A DNA stretch of 64,000 nt, taken from IMG/VR virus record IMGVR_UViG_3300001199_000004. One strand, 5' to 3'. The DNA comes from a virus. The stretch's first letter is position 1. Each line of letters starts with the position of its first letter. Shown here piece by piece: positions 36,338 through 45,973 of the stretch. A program made the position numbers and the translations under genes. The notes beneath the pieces were generated by a model that saw only the letters and a list, made by a program, of their open reading frames with translations, was not told the DNA's origin and made no database searches.

Positions 36338-36659
36338 TCTTCCCCCACTTATTCAAGAATTAATTGAAAACAACATTGAAGTAACTTTAACTAAAAAGGG
36401 CTATAAAATTGGTGGATTTTATAAATCCGATACCGTTTTATTGGTTCCATCAGAAACAGATGATTGTAAATTTGTTTCTATAGACCGTTATGGTGGTGAA
36501 GACTGTATTCGTGATTTGTCTGACCTTGCTGGTGTGAATTTTGGATGGTGGATTAAACAACACCAAACAAACCCGCACCCTGATTGGCTTCCACTATTGG
36601 AAAAATTCAAATACATTAAAGTTAGACAAGTTACCACAACTGTTGTGGAAAGAGCCTAA
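36321..36659 (+). CDS. Hypothetical protein (112 aa)
   Basis: ORF; GFYKSDT. Confidence 0.7.
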   Translation: MKHLVNLPPLIQELIENNIEVTLTKKGYKIGGFYKSDTVLLVPSETDDCKFVSIDRYGGEDCIRDLSDLAGVNFGWWIKQHQTNPHPDWLPLLEKFKYIKVRQVTTTVVERA

Positions 36660-36663
36660 TAAC

Positions 36664-36679
36664 CATTTGATTGTACCTT
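36664..36679 (+). promoter_or_regulatory. Repeated motif
   Basis: CATTTGATTGTACCTT-ATAGGAT-A. Confidence 0.75.
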
Positions 36680-37273
36680 ATAGGATATGAACTTGGGGAA
36701 ATATGAACTACGAAGTATCAAAGAGATTGCGTGAGTACAATAAACTCATATACCAAGACACTCGTTTAACCAACAGCGAATCAAAAAAATTCAATAAAAT
36801 CATTGGGCGTAAAAAGAAATTTAAGAAGTTAAGGACTTCAAAAAAGAGTTAAAAATGCAATTTAGATTTGTTGTTCAATCCGCTTCTGGCCACACTCATT
36901 GGGGTGAATTGACTGCCTACGATAATGAAGAAGCTATAGTTGTTTTGAATAACTGGATGAAAGTGAATTATTGGGAACCAATTATTGTTAAGGTTTATCC
37001 CATCACGAATGAAAAATTTGTTATTGAAAGAGTATAATGGCTAATTACAAAAATTGTGGGCAAGTGGGTTTTTGGGTAGTTGCCGTATCCACTTCGATGG
37101 ATTTGATTAAGTGGGGCAAAGATGGTGGAACGGAGCTTCCTTTTAAGAGTTACAATGATGCCGAAAATCAATGCAAAGCTCTTTCAGAAACAAAAACCCA
37201 TAAGTTTGACCGTTTTTATATTCTGAACGTTTTTCCAAACGGCCAAATGCGTACAGACGAGGTAATTTAAAGT

Positions 37274-38080
37274 ATGAATTCTGAACTTTTTATCACCGCT
37301 GCACGGCTTGCTTTCTACTCTGTTCAAGGGACTAGGGGAAAGGCAATTACCAATTTTTTTGAGACGGGCAATTCTAGATGGAATAACAAAGGAGAATTAG
37401 AAAGCAGCTACGTATGTCCCGAATTGAATGCTGCCATTTTGAAACTTGAAATGGGCTTTAAGCCTAATTGGCTACAAGTTGCGGAAGAAGAAGCTTGGGA
37501 ATTTTCTTATTCTGATAAACGTTTTTCTAGAGACACCGAACAGGAAAAAGAAGAATCCTTTAAATGGATTTTAAAAGATTATATTAATCAAGAAGAATGG
37601 CCCAAAGTTTTTCATTTAACAAAATATGATCATAATATTTTTAATGTTCCAAATAATGTATCTGCCGATTGGTTAAATATTTGTTTTGAATATTGCCATG
37701 CAATTCTGAATGCTAAAACAGATTTTGACTCTACTTCTATTTTGAATTCAAAAGATATTGAATGTAGAAATAAAATCTGGAACATAAGACTTAAATCTAA
37801 CGTAGAAAACACACTAGCAGACGAATTGGTTCAAATTATTGTTCAATCTGGAATCGTTCCTGCTGAGAACATTGAAACGCTAAATAAACTTAAAATGGAT
37901 TTCAACCAAACCCATTTTAACAATGAATATCGTTCTGCTGGTGTAAATGCCAACCAAAGCAATCAAGAAAACACCCAAGCACAGAAACTTGTGCGTGAAA
38001 TAGTATTGCCAAAACTCAATCAATTACTTCGTAATTCTGAAAGGTATATTGATGAAACTTTACACAGAAAAACGAAATAA
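37274..38080 (+). CDS. Hypothetical protein (268 aa)
   Basis: Long ORF. Confidence 0.75.
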   Translation: MNSELFITAARLAFYSVQGTRGKAITNFFETGNSRWNNKGELESSYVCPELNAAILKLEMGFKPNWLQVAEEEAWEFSYSDKRFSRDTEQEKEESFKWILKDYINQEEWPKVFHLTKYDHNIFNVPNNVSADWLNICFEYCHAILNAKTDFDSTSILNSKDIECRNKIWNIRLKSNVENTLADELVQIIVQSGIVPAENIETLNKLKMDFNQTHFNNEYRSAGVNANQSNQENTQAQKLVREIVLPKLNQLLRNSERYIDETLHRKTK

Positions 38081-38381
38081 ACTTCCATTCGCACAAAAAC
38101 ACGCCAATAATCTAGTTGGCTATGATTTGTCTGAGGACAAATTTAGCGATGTTATAAATTACCAAGGTGAATATAATCGCCAATCTCCCCGCTGGTGGGT
38201 TCGATTAGGGCCAATGACTTATGATGCCATTGATCATCCAAATGAAGTAAGGTATCATTATTTTGAAGAAAATGGATATGAATACCAGTATTCGTTCCAT
38301 TTTAATGGTGAAACCAAACAATTAATTACCAATTATTGGTTAGTTAATCTTTGTGTCAATACCTATGCAATCAAGGGTTGA
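38049..38381 (+). CDS. Hypothetical protein (~110 aa)
   Basis: Collinear overlapping ORF. Confidence 0.6.
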   Translation: MMKLYTEKRNKLPFAQKHANNLVGYDLSEDKFSDVINYQGEYNRQSPRWWVRLGPMTYDAIDHPNEVRYHYFEENGYEYQYSFHFNGETKQLITNYWLVNLCVNTYAIKG

Positions 38382-38383
38382 TT

Positions 38384-39160
38384 ATGGGCGGCTTCAACAA
38401 TTATGGCGTCCCACATTATGCCCATCCAGACACGCCTGCAATAAGGCCCAAACCCAGAGAGCTTCCAAGCGAATCTGCAGATTGGTATAAAAACAAAGCC
38501 AATAAAATGAAAGCTTTGAAGTTTGTTCGTGAATTCATTAAAACAAACTGGACAGAAGGCGATAGATTTGTTATTGCTGGTGGAGATAAAAACGGCCTAA
38601 CTGGCACTTTTACAAAAGTATTTTTGTGTGGATCTGTTTGGAAGATTAGAGTTGTTTGGGATAATCCAGCAATGGGTAAACAGTTGTTGGGAATGTTTGA
38701 TTTTTATCGTTTTGGATTTAAGCAAGAAAAGCCAATGAAAGTCTTAAAAGTCTTAGTTCTTAAAGAGAAATATTCCAATCGTTATTTTAATTTGCCTTTA
38801 GACGACAATGGCAATTTACTTGAAGACGAAGCAAATAGACTATTTATTGACATTTTTAATGACAGACACAAACAAAATTTTTATTGGACTAAAAAAGAGA
38901 CTGTTCCTCAAGAGCCCACAAAACCAGAACAAAACGAAACATATATTCAAAATGCTTATAAAGATCAACTAAGAATTTATAGGCAATCACTTGCAAATGT
39001 TGAAAAGCACAACAATGAAGTGGAATTGGTTGAAAAAGCCTTGTCTGGTGATGCTCAAGCAGCTTGGCAATTATTGATGAATCACAACAGAACAGACCTG
39101 TATGAACATGAAGGCTATGAAGTTATTTCTGTGTTTTGTAGCTACGTTCCTACCATTTGA
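38384..39160 (+). CDS. Hypothetical protein (start revised)
   Basis: Long ORF; its stop lies inside the next motif copy. Confidence 0.7.
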   Translation: MGGFNNYGVPHYAHPDTPAIRPKPRELPSESADWYKNKANKMKALKFVREFIKTNWTEGDRFVIAGGDKNGLTGTFTKVFLCGSVWKIRVVWDNPAMGKQLLGMFDFYRFGFKQEKPMKVLKVLVLKEKYSNRYFNLPLDDNGNLLEDEANRLFIDIFNDRHKQNFYWTKKETVPQEPTKPEQNETYIQNAYKDQLRIYRQSLANVEKHNNEVELVEKALSGDAQAAWQLLMNHNRTDLYEHEGYEVISVFCSYVPTI

Positions 39161-39169
39161 TTGTACCTT
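39154..39169 (+). promoter_or_regulatory. Repeated motif
   Basis: CATTTGATTGTACCTT-AAAGGAT-ACAAGGA. Confidence 0.75.
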
Positions 39170-39490
39170 AAAGGATACAAGGAACCATCAAATTGCCTAC
39201 TAAGCCACGTAAAATCAAATTGCCTAAAATTAGCACTGAACGGCAAGCCATTTTCGACCAACATGCATTTACCCCAGAAAACTCCAAAAGCCTACACGAA
39301 CAAGTTGAGATGCATTTTAATAAGGCTCTCAAGCTCTACAATGTCCCCGAAACTAATAATCATGATCGACAATGAAAGTTGTGAAGACTCAATTCGCAGA
39401 CAATGGGGTGATGAAGCAGTTGAACTCATTAAAACCATTCTTAACCCCAAACCAATAAAAAAACACCCTTGGAATAAATAAGATTTTACT

Positions 39491-40318
39491 ATGCCAAAAC
39501 ATGAAAAAGATGAATTAGGGACAAGGATTAAGTGGTACGAAAAGAATTTCGGCAATCTAGAGTATTTGATGCCGATGATTCCTACTTTAATTCGACTAGA
39601 CGGTAAAACGTTCCACACCTTTACCAAGGGCCTTAAACGGCCTTATGATGAAGGTTTGTCTGAATTAATGATTGCAACTGCTAAGTTTTTAACCGAAGAA
39701 ACCAATGCATTAATTGCATATACACAATCGGATGAAATTAGTCTTCTGCTTTATCAGCCAGATTACAAATCATCTATTTATATGAGTGGTCGGACCCAAA
39801 AGATTAATTCTGTTTTGGCTGCTAAGTGTTCTACCTTTTTTAATGAACATTTAGCTGAATATCTGCCTGCCAAGGACAAGTTGCCAGCAAACAAACGTCC
39901 TGTTTTTGATTGTCGTTGTTTTAACGTGCCTGACAAGTTTGAGGCTGTAAACGTCTTTTTGTGGAGAGAACAAGACGCCACAAGAAACTCTATTTCTATG
40001 GCTAGTCAAAGTGTCTATAGCCACAAACAACTGCAGAATAAGAGCAAAAAAGAAATGCATGACATGCTTCATGCAAAAGAAATCAATTGGAATGATTATC
40101 CCACTTTCTTCAAACGGGGTACTTATATTCAAAAGAAAACACTAATGATGAAGTCGGAAGTTCTGCTTAGTGGCTTACCAGAAAAGCACCATTTTCGTAC
40201 TAACCCAGAATTAATGGTTGAACGCAAGAAGGTTGTTGAGTTGGAGCTAAAACCATTGGCTAAAGTGATCAACAAACTTGCCGTTTTCTTTGATGGGGAA
40301 GATGCCATTTATGAGTAA
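39491..40318 (+). CDS. thg1: tRNA(His) guanylyltransferase Thg1-like protein (3'-5' polymerase)
   Basis: IRLDGKTFHTFT, YTQSDEISL, FDCR, WREQDATRNSI, INWND...KRG. Confidence 0.9.
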   Translation: MPKHEKDELGTRIKWYEKNFGNLEYLMPMIPTLIRLDGKTFHTFTKGLKRPYDEGLSELMIATAKFLTEETNALIAYTQSDEISLLLYQPDYKSSIYMSGRTQKINSVLAAKCSTFFNEHLAEYLPAKDKLPANKRPVFDCRCFNVPDKFEAVNVFLWREQDATRNSISMASQSVYSHKQLQNKSKKEMHDMLHAKEINWNDYPTFFKRGTYIQKKTLMMKSEVLLSGLPEKHHFRTNPELMVERKKVVELELKPLAKVINKLAVFFDGEDAIYE

Positions 40319-40743
40319 GTTTTTAGTTGTTGACAAGCTTGCCAAGGGCGGAAGTAAGACTAATGCATATGTGGTAACTGCCGACAATAAAAAGTCGGCA
40401 GTTACCACGTTTCGCAAAAAAATTCATCCTGAGTTGAGTATGGAAGAAATCAAAGAAATCCGTGGAAGTATGTTGTTTATTTTTGAGATTCCCGATTTAG
40501 TGGTTGCAAAAATTAAAGGGTTTTCAAAAACAATTGACGAAGAAGAATTAACATGATTAATATTTTCGTGTCTATGACAAAAAAGTTTAGCTGGTCCATC
40601 TTGCCTTTTAAACGCAAGAAAGCCGTGAAATATTTCGTTAAAAATGCCTCGTTTACTAAACGTGGCATCCGTGGTACAATAAATGGTGTTTCTGGTTTGT
40701 TGGATTGGAATAAAATCGACTATTATCGGATTATGGAACCAAA

Positions 40744-41175
40744 ATGGACAGAAAAACCTTCAAAGAAATTGTCAATGAAGTACCCAAGCCAATTACATTA
40801 AGCAAAGAAATGCAGTTGCCATATGTTTTTGATATGTATTGGGACTGCAAGACTGTTGGGGATTTAATGCGTGACAAACTAATGGAAAACGAGACTGTTT
40901 TAAGGTTGTTGGCCGAACATGGATTTGACGTAAGAAAAAAACTTCCACCAATTGAAATCCCCTACAAAACAAATTCTGTTCAAGGAAAGGGAGATGCACC
41001 CTGTTTAATTTGTGGCAAAAGCACAAATAAAGAAAAAGTAAAATGGGTGGTGCTAGAAGAGGGCGGCGGCAGAATTGTAGATCCACATACGGAAGAACCA
41101 CATCATGGTGCCTTCCCTGTCGGAATGGGCTGTTGGAAGAAAAACAAACAATTGCATCCTTATTCAATGGATTAA
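40744..41175 (+). CDS. Hypothetical protein with Cys cluster
   Basis: CLICGK...FPVGMGC. Confidence 0.65.
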   Translation: MDRKTFKEIVNEVPKPITLSKEMQLPYVFDMYWDCKTVGDLMRDKLMENETVLRLLAEHGFDVRKKLPPIEIPYKTNSVQGKGDAPCLICGKSTNKEKVKWVVLEEGGGRIVDPHTEEPHHGAFPVGMGCWKKNKQLHPYSMD

Positions 41176-41404
41176 TTATGTCTGCTCCTAACAATGCCGA
41201 ACCGTTGGGCACTCAAGGTTGGCAAAATAAAGATGGCACACCTTGCAACATAAAAGACTTGCCAAAAGTCCGTTGTGAATCCTGTAGATGGAAAGGCACG
41301 GTTTGTGAGTTGTTGGGAGTTGACCCAGAAGAAAATCAAACAATGTGGTGCCCACGTTGTCGGACGGCATCTTGGATATATTGCTGAAACAAATGGCGAC
41401 GAAC

Positions 41405-41420
41405 CATTTGATTGTACCTT
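41405..41420 (+). promoter_or_regulatory. Repeated motif
   Basis: CATTTGATTGTACCTT-AGAAGGT-A. Confidence 0.75.
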
Positions 41421-41514
41421 AGAAGGTATAAGATGAGGGTAAAAAATTATGAGTATTAGAGAGAACTTTCAGAATTGAAGAATTGGAAGTCATCTAAAAT
41501 GACACATGAATAAT

Positions 41515-41530
41515 CATTCCATTGTACCTT
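41515..41530 (+). promoter_or_regulatory. Repeated motif (CC variant)
   Basis: CATTCCATTGTACCTT-AGATGGT-AAGACTAT-ATG. Confidence 0.75.
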
Positions 41531-41545
41531 AGATGGTAAGACTAT

Positions 41546-41740
41546 ATGAAAAAAACGATTAAGCAATCAAAATTAGATGAAGTCGAAGTTGAAACCATTA
41601 TTGTTCGACGATGGGAATGCCCTGATTGTGGGCTAATTCATGAACAAGATGAGAATATTCCCAGTGGAAGAAAAATTACATGTACTGATGAAGGTCGATA
41701 CGCTGGATGTAATAAGCAATTTAAGGCGGTAACATACTAA
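41546..41740 (+). CDS. Small zinc-ribbon protein
   Basis: CPDC...C...C; directly after the motif. Confidence 0.65.
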   Translation: MKKTIKQSKLDEVEVETIIVRRWECPDCGLIHEQDENIPSGRKITCTDEGRYAGCNKQFKAVTY

Positions 41741-41925
41741 TGCAATTCTTTTTCATTTTTTTCGGTGTCATTGGACTTTTTTTTGTTCTTCTGTTAAAAT
41801 GTCTAACTTTGGGGTATATTGACCTAACGGCATGTGATCCCTATGGTACTTTGCCTGCGATTATTGGTGTTGTTTTGGCTGTAGGTTTTGGAATTTACTT
41901 GTTTGTATAACCAAAGGACTTGGGA

Positions 41926-43395
41926 ATGATGTACTTAAAAATTGAGAATCCTGGTGTTTGCCCGCCTGATTTGTTTACCCTACTTGGTGCTAGTCTCACC
42001 AGAGATCACGGTGGGGAAAGTAGCATTGGCAAGTTTGGCAGCGGCTGCAAACATGGTGTTTTAGTATGTCTACGCCATGAAGTTCAACCAATTGTATTCT
42101 GCAGCAATCTCCGAATGGAGTTTGAATCGCAACCACAAACAATTGCCGATTCGATGAATTCTAAGGAATTTGGCCGAGTAGCGGTAAAATACAGTGGAAA
42201 AGATGACACTGGAGCAACCAGAAACTCCACAGAAAAACTTGGTTTTGTTTTGGAGTATGGAGCTTCCGATTGGGGAGATATCACGATGGGTCTTCGTGAA
42301 TTTGTTTCCAATGCAATTGACTACTCTATTCGGATGAATGGAGAGGACGGCTGGAAATCTGTTAAAATTGAGCCTGTTGGTGAAAATCAAGTTCGGGCCA
42401 AAGCTGGCACTACTCGTGTTTTCATCCCTATGAATGATGAAGTGCTGAATTTTGCCAACAATTTAGGGCGATGGTTTTTGCATTTTAGCGAACCAGAGAA
42501 CCTTAAAACAGAAGTGTTGCCAAAATCTAATCGCAACATGCAAGAAAACTCCAAAATTGCTGTCATTTATCGACGGGGTGTTTTGGTAAGAGAAATTGCC
42601 AATACAACCCTGGAAAGTGTTTTTGATTATAATTTCCAAACGTTGGATTTGGATGAATGCCGCAAAGCAGATGATTATTCTGTTGGGCATCATGCTGCTG
42701 TTTCTCTAAAGAAAACCAATAAAGAAAACATCAAACTTTATCTGAATTCTTTTGCCTTTGATGCTGCTCCTAAATGGGAACATAATCTTAGCCAATATTC
42801 CTTGGGGATTAATTATGATTTGCAAAAGGACTTAATTCGCAAGACTTGGAAAGAAGCCTTTGCCGAAGTCAGTCAAGAAGATTCTGTATTTTGCAGTGCT
42901 GGTGCAAAAGATAAAGTACGCAAGAAGGGCAAAACAGCTATTGTTGTCCCCGAAGGCATCATGAAGGCTGCTACGTCTTTTGAATTGCCAACTGAGGAAA
43001 ACAGCCTATCAATCGACGAAAAGGCTGGGCGTGAGGTAATTGAAGCCAAGGCTGATGCTGAGGCGGTAATGGAATTCTGCTGGGAATTGGTCAAAGAATG
43101 TGGAATGTCATTGAATAAGGACAAACCAGAAGTAAAATGTTTTCGTCAAATTGGGACCAAAGACACCCATAAGGATGCCTATGTTCTCCATGATACCATT
43201 TATATCAATGCAGATTTGTGTAGTGATGCAAGCTTGTTGTCGGGTTATGATGCTCTAAGTGACCGACTTGTATCCACAACCATGCAACAATTGGCATATT
43301 ACACAACTGATTCGCAAGAATATAGCAATGATGCCAACAAATGGCTTTGTAGTTTTTTGACTAAGATGGCCAAAACCGCTAAACAGGTGGCATAA
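41926..43395 (+). CDS. GHKL (HATPase-like) ATPase-domain protein with permuted motif order
   Basis: IENPG, LLGAS, IGKFGSGCK precede LREFVSNAID and GTTRVFI. Confidence 0.7.
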   Translation: MMYLKIENPGVCPPDLFTLLGASLTRDHGGESSIGKFGSGCKHGVLVCLRHEVQPIVFCSNLRMEFESQPQTIADSMNSKEFGRVAVKYSGKDDTGATRNSTEKLGFVLEYGASDWGDITMGLREFVSNAIDYSIRMNGEDGWKSVKIEPVGENQVRAKAGTTRVFIPMNDEVLNFANNLGRWFLHFSEPENLKTEVLPKSNRNMQENSKIAVIYRRGVLVREIANTTLESVFDYNFQTLDLDECRKADDYSVGHHAAVSLKKTNKENIKLYLNSFAFDAAPKWEHNLSQYSLGINYDLQKDLIRKTWKEAFAEVSQEDSVFCSAGAKDKVRKKGKTAIVVPEGIMKAATSFELPTEENSLSIDEKAGREVIEAKADAEAVMEFCWELVKECGMSLNKDKPEVKCFRQIGTKDTHKDAYVLHDTIYINADLCSDASLLSGYDALSDRLVSTTMQQLAYYTTDSQEYSNDANKWLCSFLTKMAKTAKQVA

Positions 43396-43853
43396 TGGCT
43401 ACTTATGATGAATTGCGAGAGAAAGGATATGTTCAATATATTGTTTTGTTAAGAACCCACACTTATGAAAGTAGCAGTATTCCAGCATTGGTTTTTTATT
43501 ATCTTGTTGAAACAGATCTAACTCCTACACAAATTGCCGATAGTTTCAAAGAAGCTATAAAAGAATTTGCTAAGAGCGATGAATATTTAGCTGATCGAAA
43601 ACTTGGAGAAATATTCTCTGAATTTTTCAAAATGCATTGGCATGAAGCTACCGAATTTGATGTATTTGAAAATATGCGATGGGCAACGAATCCACATTGG
43701 AGTTTGCCAATAACTAAAATCATTACTTTAAGTGGCATGGAAGATTATGTTGAAGAAACACCCAAAGAATGGTTGTTTCAAAACAGAAACAAAGATAATT
43801 CCGTTAGTAGTGAAATTTTCAATTCAATTGACATTCAAAATCCTCGTTTTTAA
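43395..43853 (+). CDS. Hypothetical protein (152 aa)
   Basis: TAATG coupling to the upstream gene. Confidence 0.7.
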   Translation: MATYDELREKGYVQYIVLLRTHTYESSSIPALVFYYLVETDLTPTQIADSFKEAIKEFAKSDEYLADRKLGEIFSEFFKMHWHEATEFDVFENMRWATNPHWSLPITKIITLSGMEDYVEETPKEWLFQNRNKDNSVSSEIFNSIDIQNPRF

Positions 43854-43866
43854 TTAATGGAGTTGT

Positions 43867-44139
43867 GTGAATATGTCCAATTTAACGTTCATTTTTAAGA
43901 ATATGCTTTATTTGGGCAGTATTCAACTGCTCATTTTGTTTGGCGTGTTTCTTGTTAAGATGGGGTTTGCAGCATCGTCTGCTGGCCTGAATTTAAATGA
44001 CTTTTTGGAAAGTGTCATTATTTTAGGTCAAATGAAAATCCCAACAGCCAGTCTTTTGATGTTTTGTGGAAGTCTTATTCTTGTTGCTTGGAAAACTGGC
44101 AAGCAAATTATCGAACAAGAACGAATTTGGAACGGATAA
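43867..44139 (+). CDS. Small membrane protein
   Basis: Two hydrophobic segments. Confidence 0.6.
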   Translation: MNMSNLTFIFKNMLYLGSIQLLILFGVFLVKMGFAASSAGLNLNDFLESVIILGQMKIPTASLLMFCGSLILVAWKTGKQIIEQERIWNG

Positions 44140-44140
44140 C

Positions 44141-44156
44141 CATTTGATTGTACCTT
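44141..44156 (+). promoter_or_regulatory. Repeated motif
   Basis: CATTTGATTGTACCTT-AAAGGGT-ATAAGGGGAGCCGCAT-ATG. Confidence 0.75.
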
Positions 44157-44178
44157 AAAGGGTATAAGGGAGCCGCAT

Positions 44179-44454
44179 ATGATTATTCGTGAAATTTTGA
44201 ATGAAACTGGACCGATTACCAGTTTTGACTTTTTCAATGACACCAAAGACACTCTTCATTATTTGCTTTGGGTAAACATACCTGAATCTCTAGCTAAAGC
44301 AAAAGAGCTAGAGGCTGCAGATAAGACTTATTGGGACATTCAACGAGCCAAACCAATCCAAATTGTTGAACGTGATCCTTATTCAGGGGCACAAAAGATG
44401 AGAACTATTGCATCTCCAGCCGTTGAATTTTTCAAAACTAAGGTGTTGCAATGA
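44179..44454 (+). CDS. Hypothetical protein (91 aa)
   Basis: GGAG SD after the motif. Confidence 0.7.
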   Translation: MIIREILNETGPITSFDFFNDTKDTLHYLLWVNIPESLAKAKELEAADKTYWDIQRAKPIQIVERDPYSGAQKMRTIASPAVEFFKTKVLQ

Positions 44455-44681
44455 AAGAAAAATTAAAACAAGGTCAAAGAGTTGCTATTTCCCGCCTGAA
44501 CAATGAAAATTCCATTCATGCAAAAGGCACTATATGTGGCATTTCTTCAATTGACCGTTCAAACGATGAGTTTTTTTGTATCTACATTGTAGAAGTTGAT
44601 GATGTAAGTGCTTTTCGTTCTGATTATCCGTACAAATGCGTTTCTATGTCTGAGGGTTGTTTAGATAAAATTGAGGATTAA

Positions 44682-45056
44682 ATGCTTTACAACTTAATCG
44701 AAAAGAAACGAGGCAAGGAAACTGTTGTAATGACCGATTCTTTGCCAAAAGTTAATGACCGATTGAAAATTCTACGGGCATCCCTTAGAACCAAAAAGGT
44801 TTCCTTTCGAGTTGAAAAAACCGAAGAAACCGACAAATACAAGAAAAAGCCACACAATTGTTATTATTTGGCAACAAATCATTCACCCACACCAAATGGC
44901 AAAAACTTAATTTGCTATACTATTGTTGAAGTTGTTACTTTTGACAAGCCAGATGGGACGAAAGAGCGTAAGTTAGAAAGTGATTCTGGGATTATTTACC
45001 CTCTCTACGAATTTCATTCTTTTTATAAGTTGCCGACATATTATGAACCGAATTGA
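44682..45056 (+). CDS. Hypothetical protein (124 aa)
   Basis: Collinear ORF. Confidence 0.65.
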   Translation: MLYNLIEKKRGKETVVMTDSLPKVNDRLKILRASLRTKKVSFRVEKTEETDKYKKKPHNCYYLATNHSPTPNGKNLICYTIVEVVTFDKPDGTKERKLESDSGIIYPLYEFHSFYKLPTYYEPN

Positions 45057-45564
45057 AGAGATTGACGAGTCGATTGCTGCCTGCAAGAATCAAATTAAGC
45101 TCTTGGAAAATGAACGAAAAAACATCGTCAAAAAAGCCAAGAAAAAAGAATTTGATGAGTTTTATGATTTTTATCTTAAAACAACTCCATCAATAGCTTT
45201 TTTGGCATCTACTGATGGGAAAGGTTTGTATACCAAACATAAAATCAAAAATTTGAAATGTTTTTTTGATTTCAACAAAGATGATCTTAAAGAATATAAT
45301 CAAGTTAATGTCTTTTTTGATACTAAGGCTTGGGACTATGACAAGCATAATATCATCTACACAGACAATACATTTCAAAATTGCGTGAGAAACAAGTTAA
45401 AAGAACTTGGATTAACCCATTGGAATAAGATTGGATATTCCGAGGCAGGGATGCAGTCCAACAATGCAGTAAATTTCGATATGGACCGAAGTCTAGCTAA
45501 AGAAATTTATATGAAAATCTATAAAAATAAACCACATTTGGAATCTCCAACTTTAGATGAATAA
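45043..45564 (+). CDS. Hypothetical phage protein (start revised to MNRIEE)
   Basis: IYTD...YSEAGMQ...VNFD segment. Confidence 0.7.
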   Translation: MNRIEEIDESIAACKNQIKLLENERKNIVKKAKKKEFDEFYDFYLKTTPSIAFLASTDGKGLYTKHKIKNLKCFFDFNKDDLKEYNQVNVFFDTKAWDYDKHNIIYTDNTFQNCVRNKLKELGLTHWNKIGYSEAGMQSNNAVNFDMDRSLAKEIYMKIYKNKPHLESPTLDE

Positions 45565-45937
45565 AAAAGAAGAAAACCGTATCTTCAAAGAAGCGGTAAT
45601 CGGCTATGGCTTTATTGAAGTAATTCAGCGACCAGATGGACTTTATTGTACTGGTTGTCACACTACTCATAAACTACCAACGAAAATGTATACAATGAAT
45701 AAAGAAGTTCTTTGTAAATATCAAGTTGTTCAACTCTACAATCCAGAATTACAATGAGTCAAAACCAAACAGATTTACTTGCATTTGTAATTACTCAAAC
45801 CGAATCACAAGTAGAAAGAATTCGGGCTGATAAATCATATCATTTGCTTGACGATGATGCTAAACTTGCCATAGGTGGTATTCTTGGCAATACAGAATTA
45901 CTTCGAGAACTAATGAACGAAATTGCGACAAAATAAC

Positions 45938-45953
45938 CATTTGATTGTACCTT
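45938..45953 (+). promoter_or_regulatory. Repeated motif
   Basis: CATTTGATTGTACCTT-AAAGGCT-ATAGGAGATTGCT-ATG. Confidence 0.75.
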
Positions 45954-45973
45954 AAAGGCTATAGGAGATTGCT

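Noticed and set aside
1193-39481. ORF-track starts MYLKV, MYLRG, MYLKG and MIVPY (1633, 6538, 8852, 31766, 39161)
   Set aside because: They arise from TTG codons inside the repeated motif; downstream start codons with SD or leaderless geometry are more plausible
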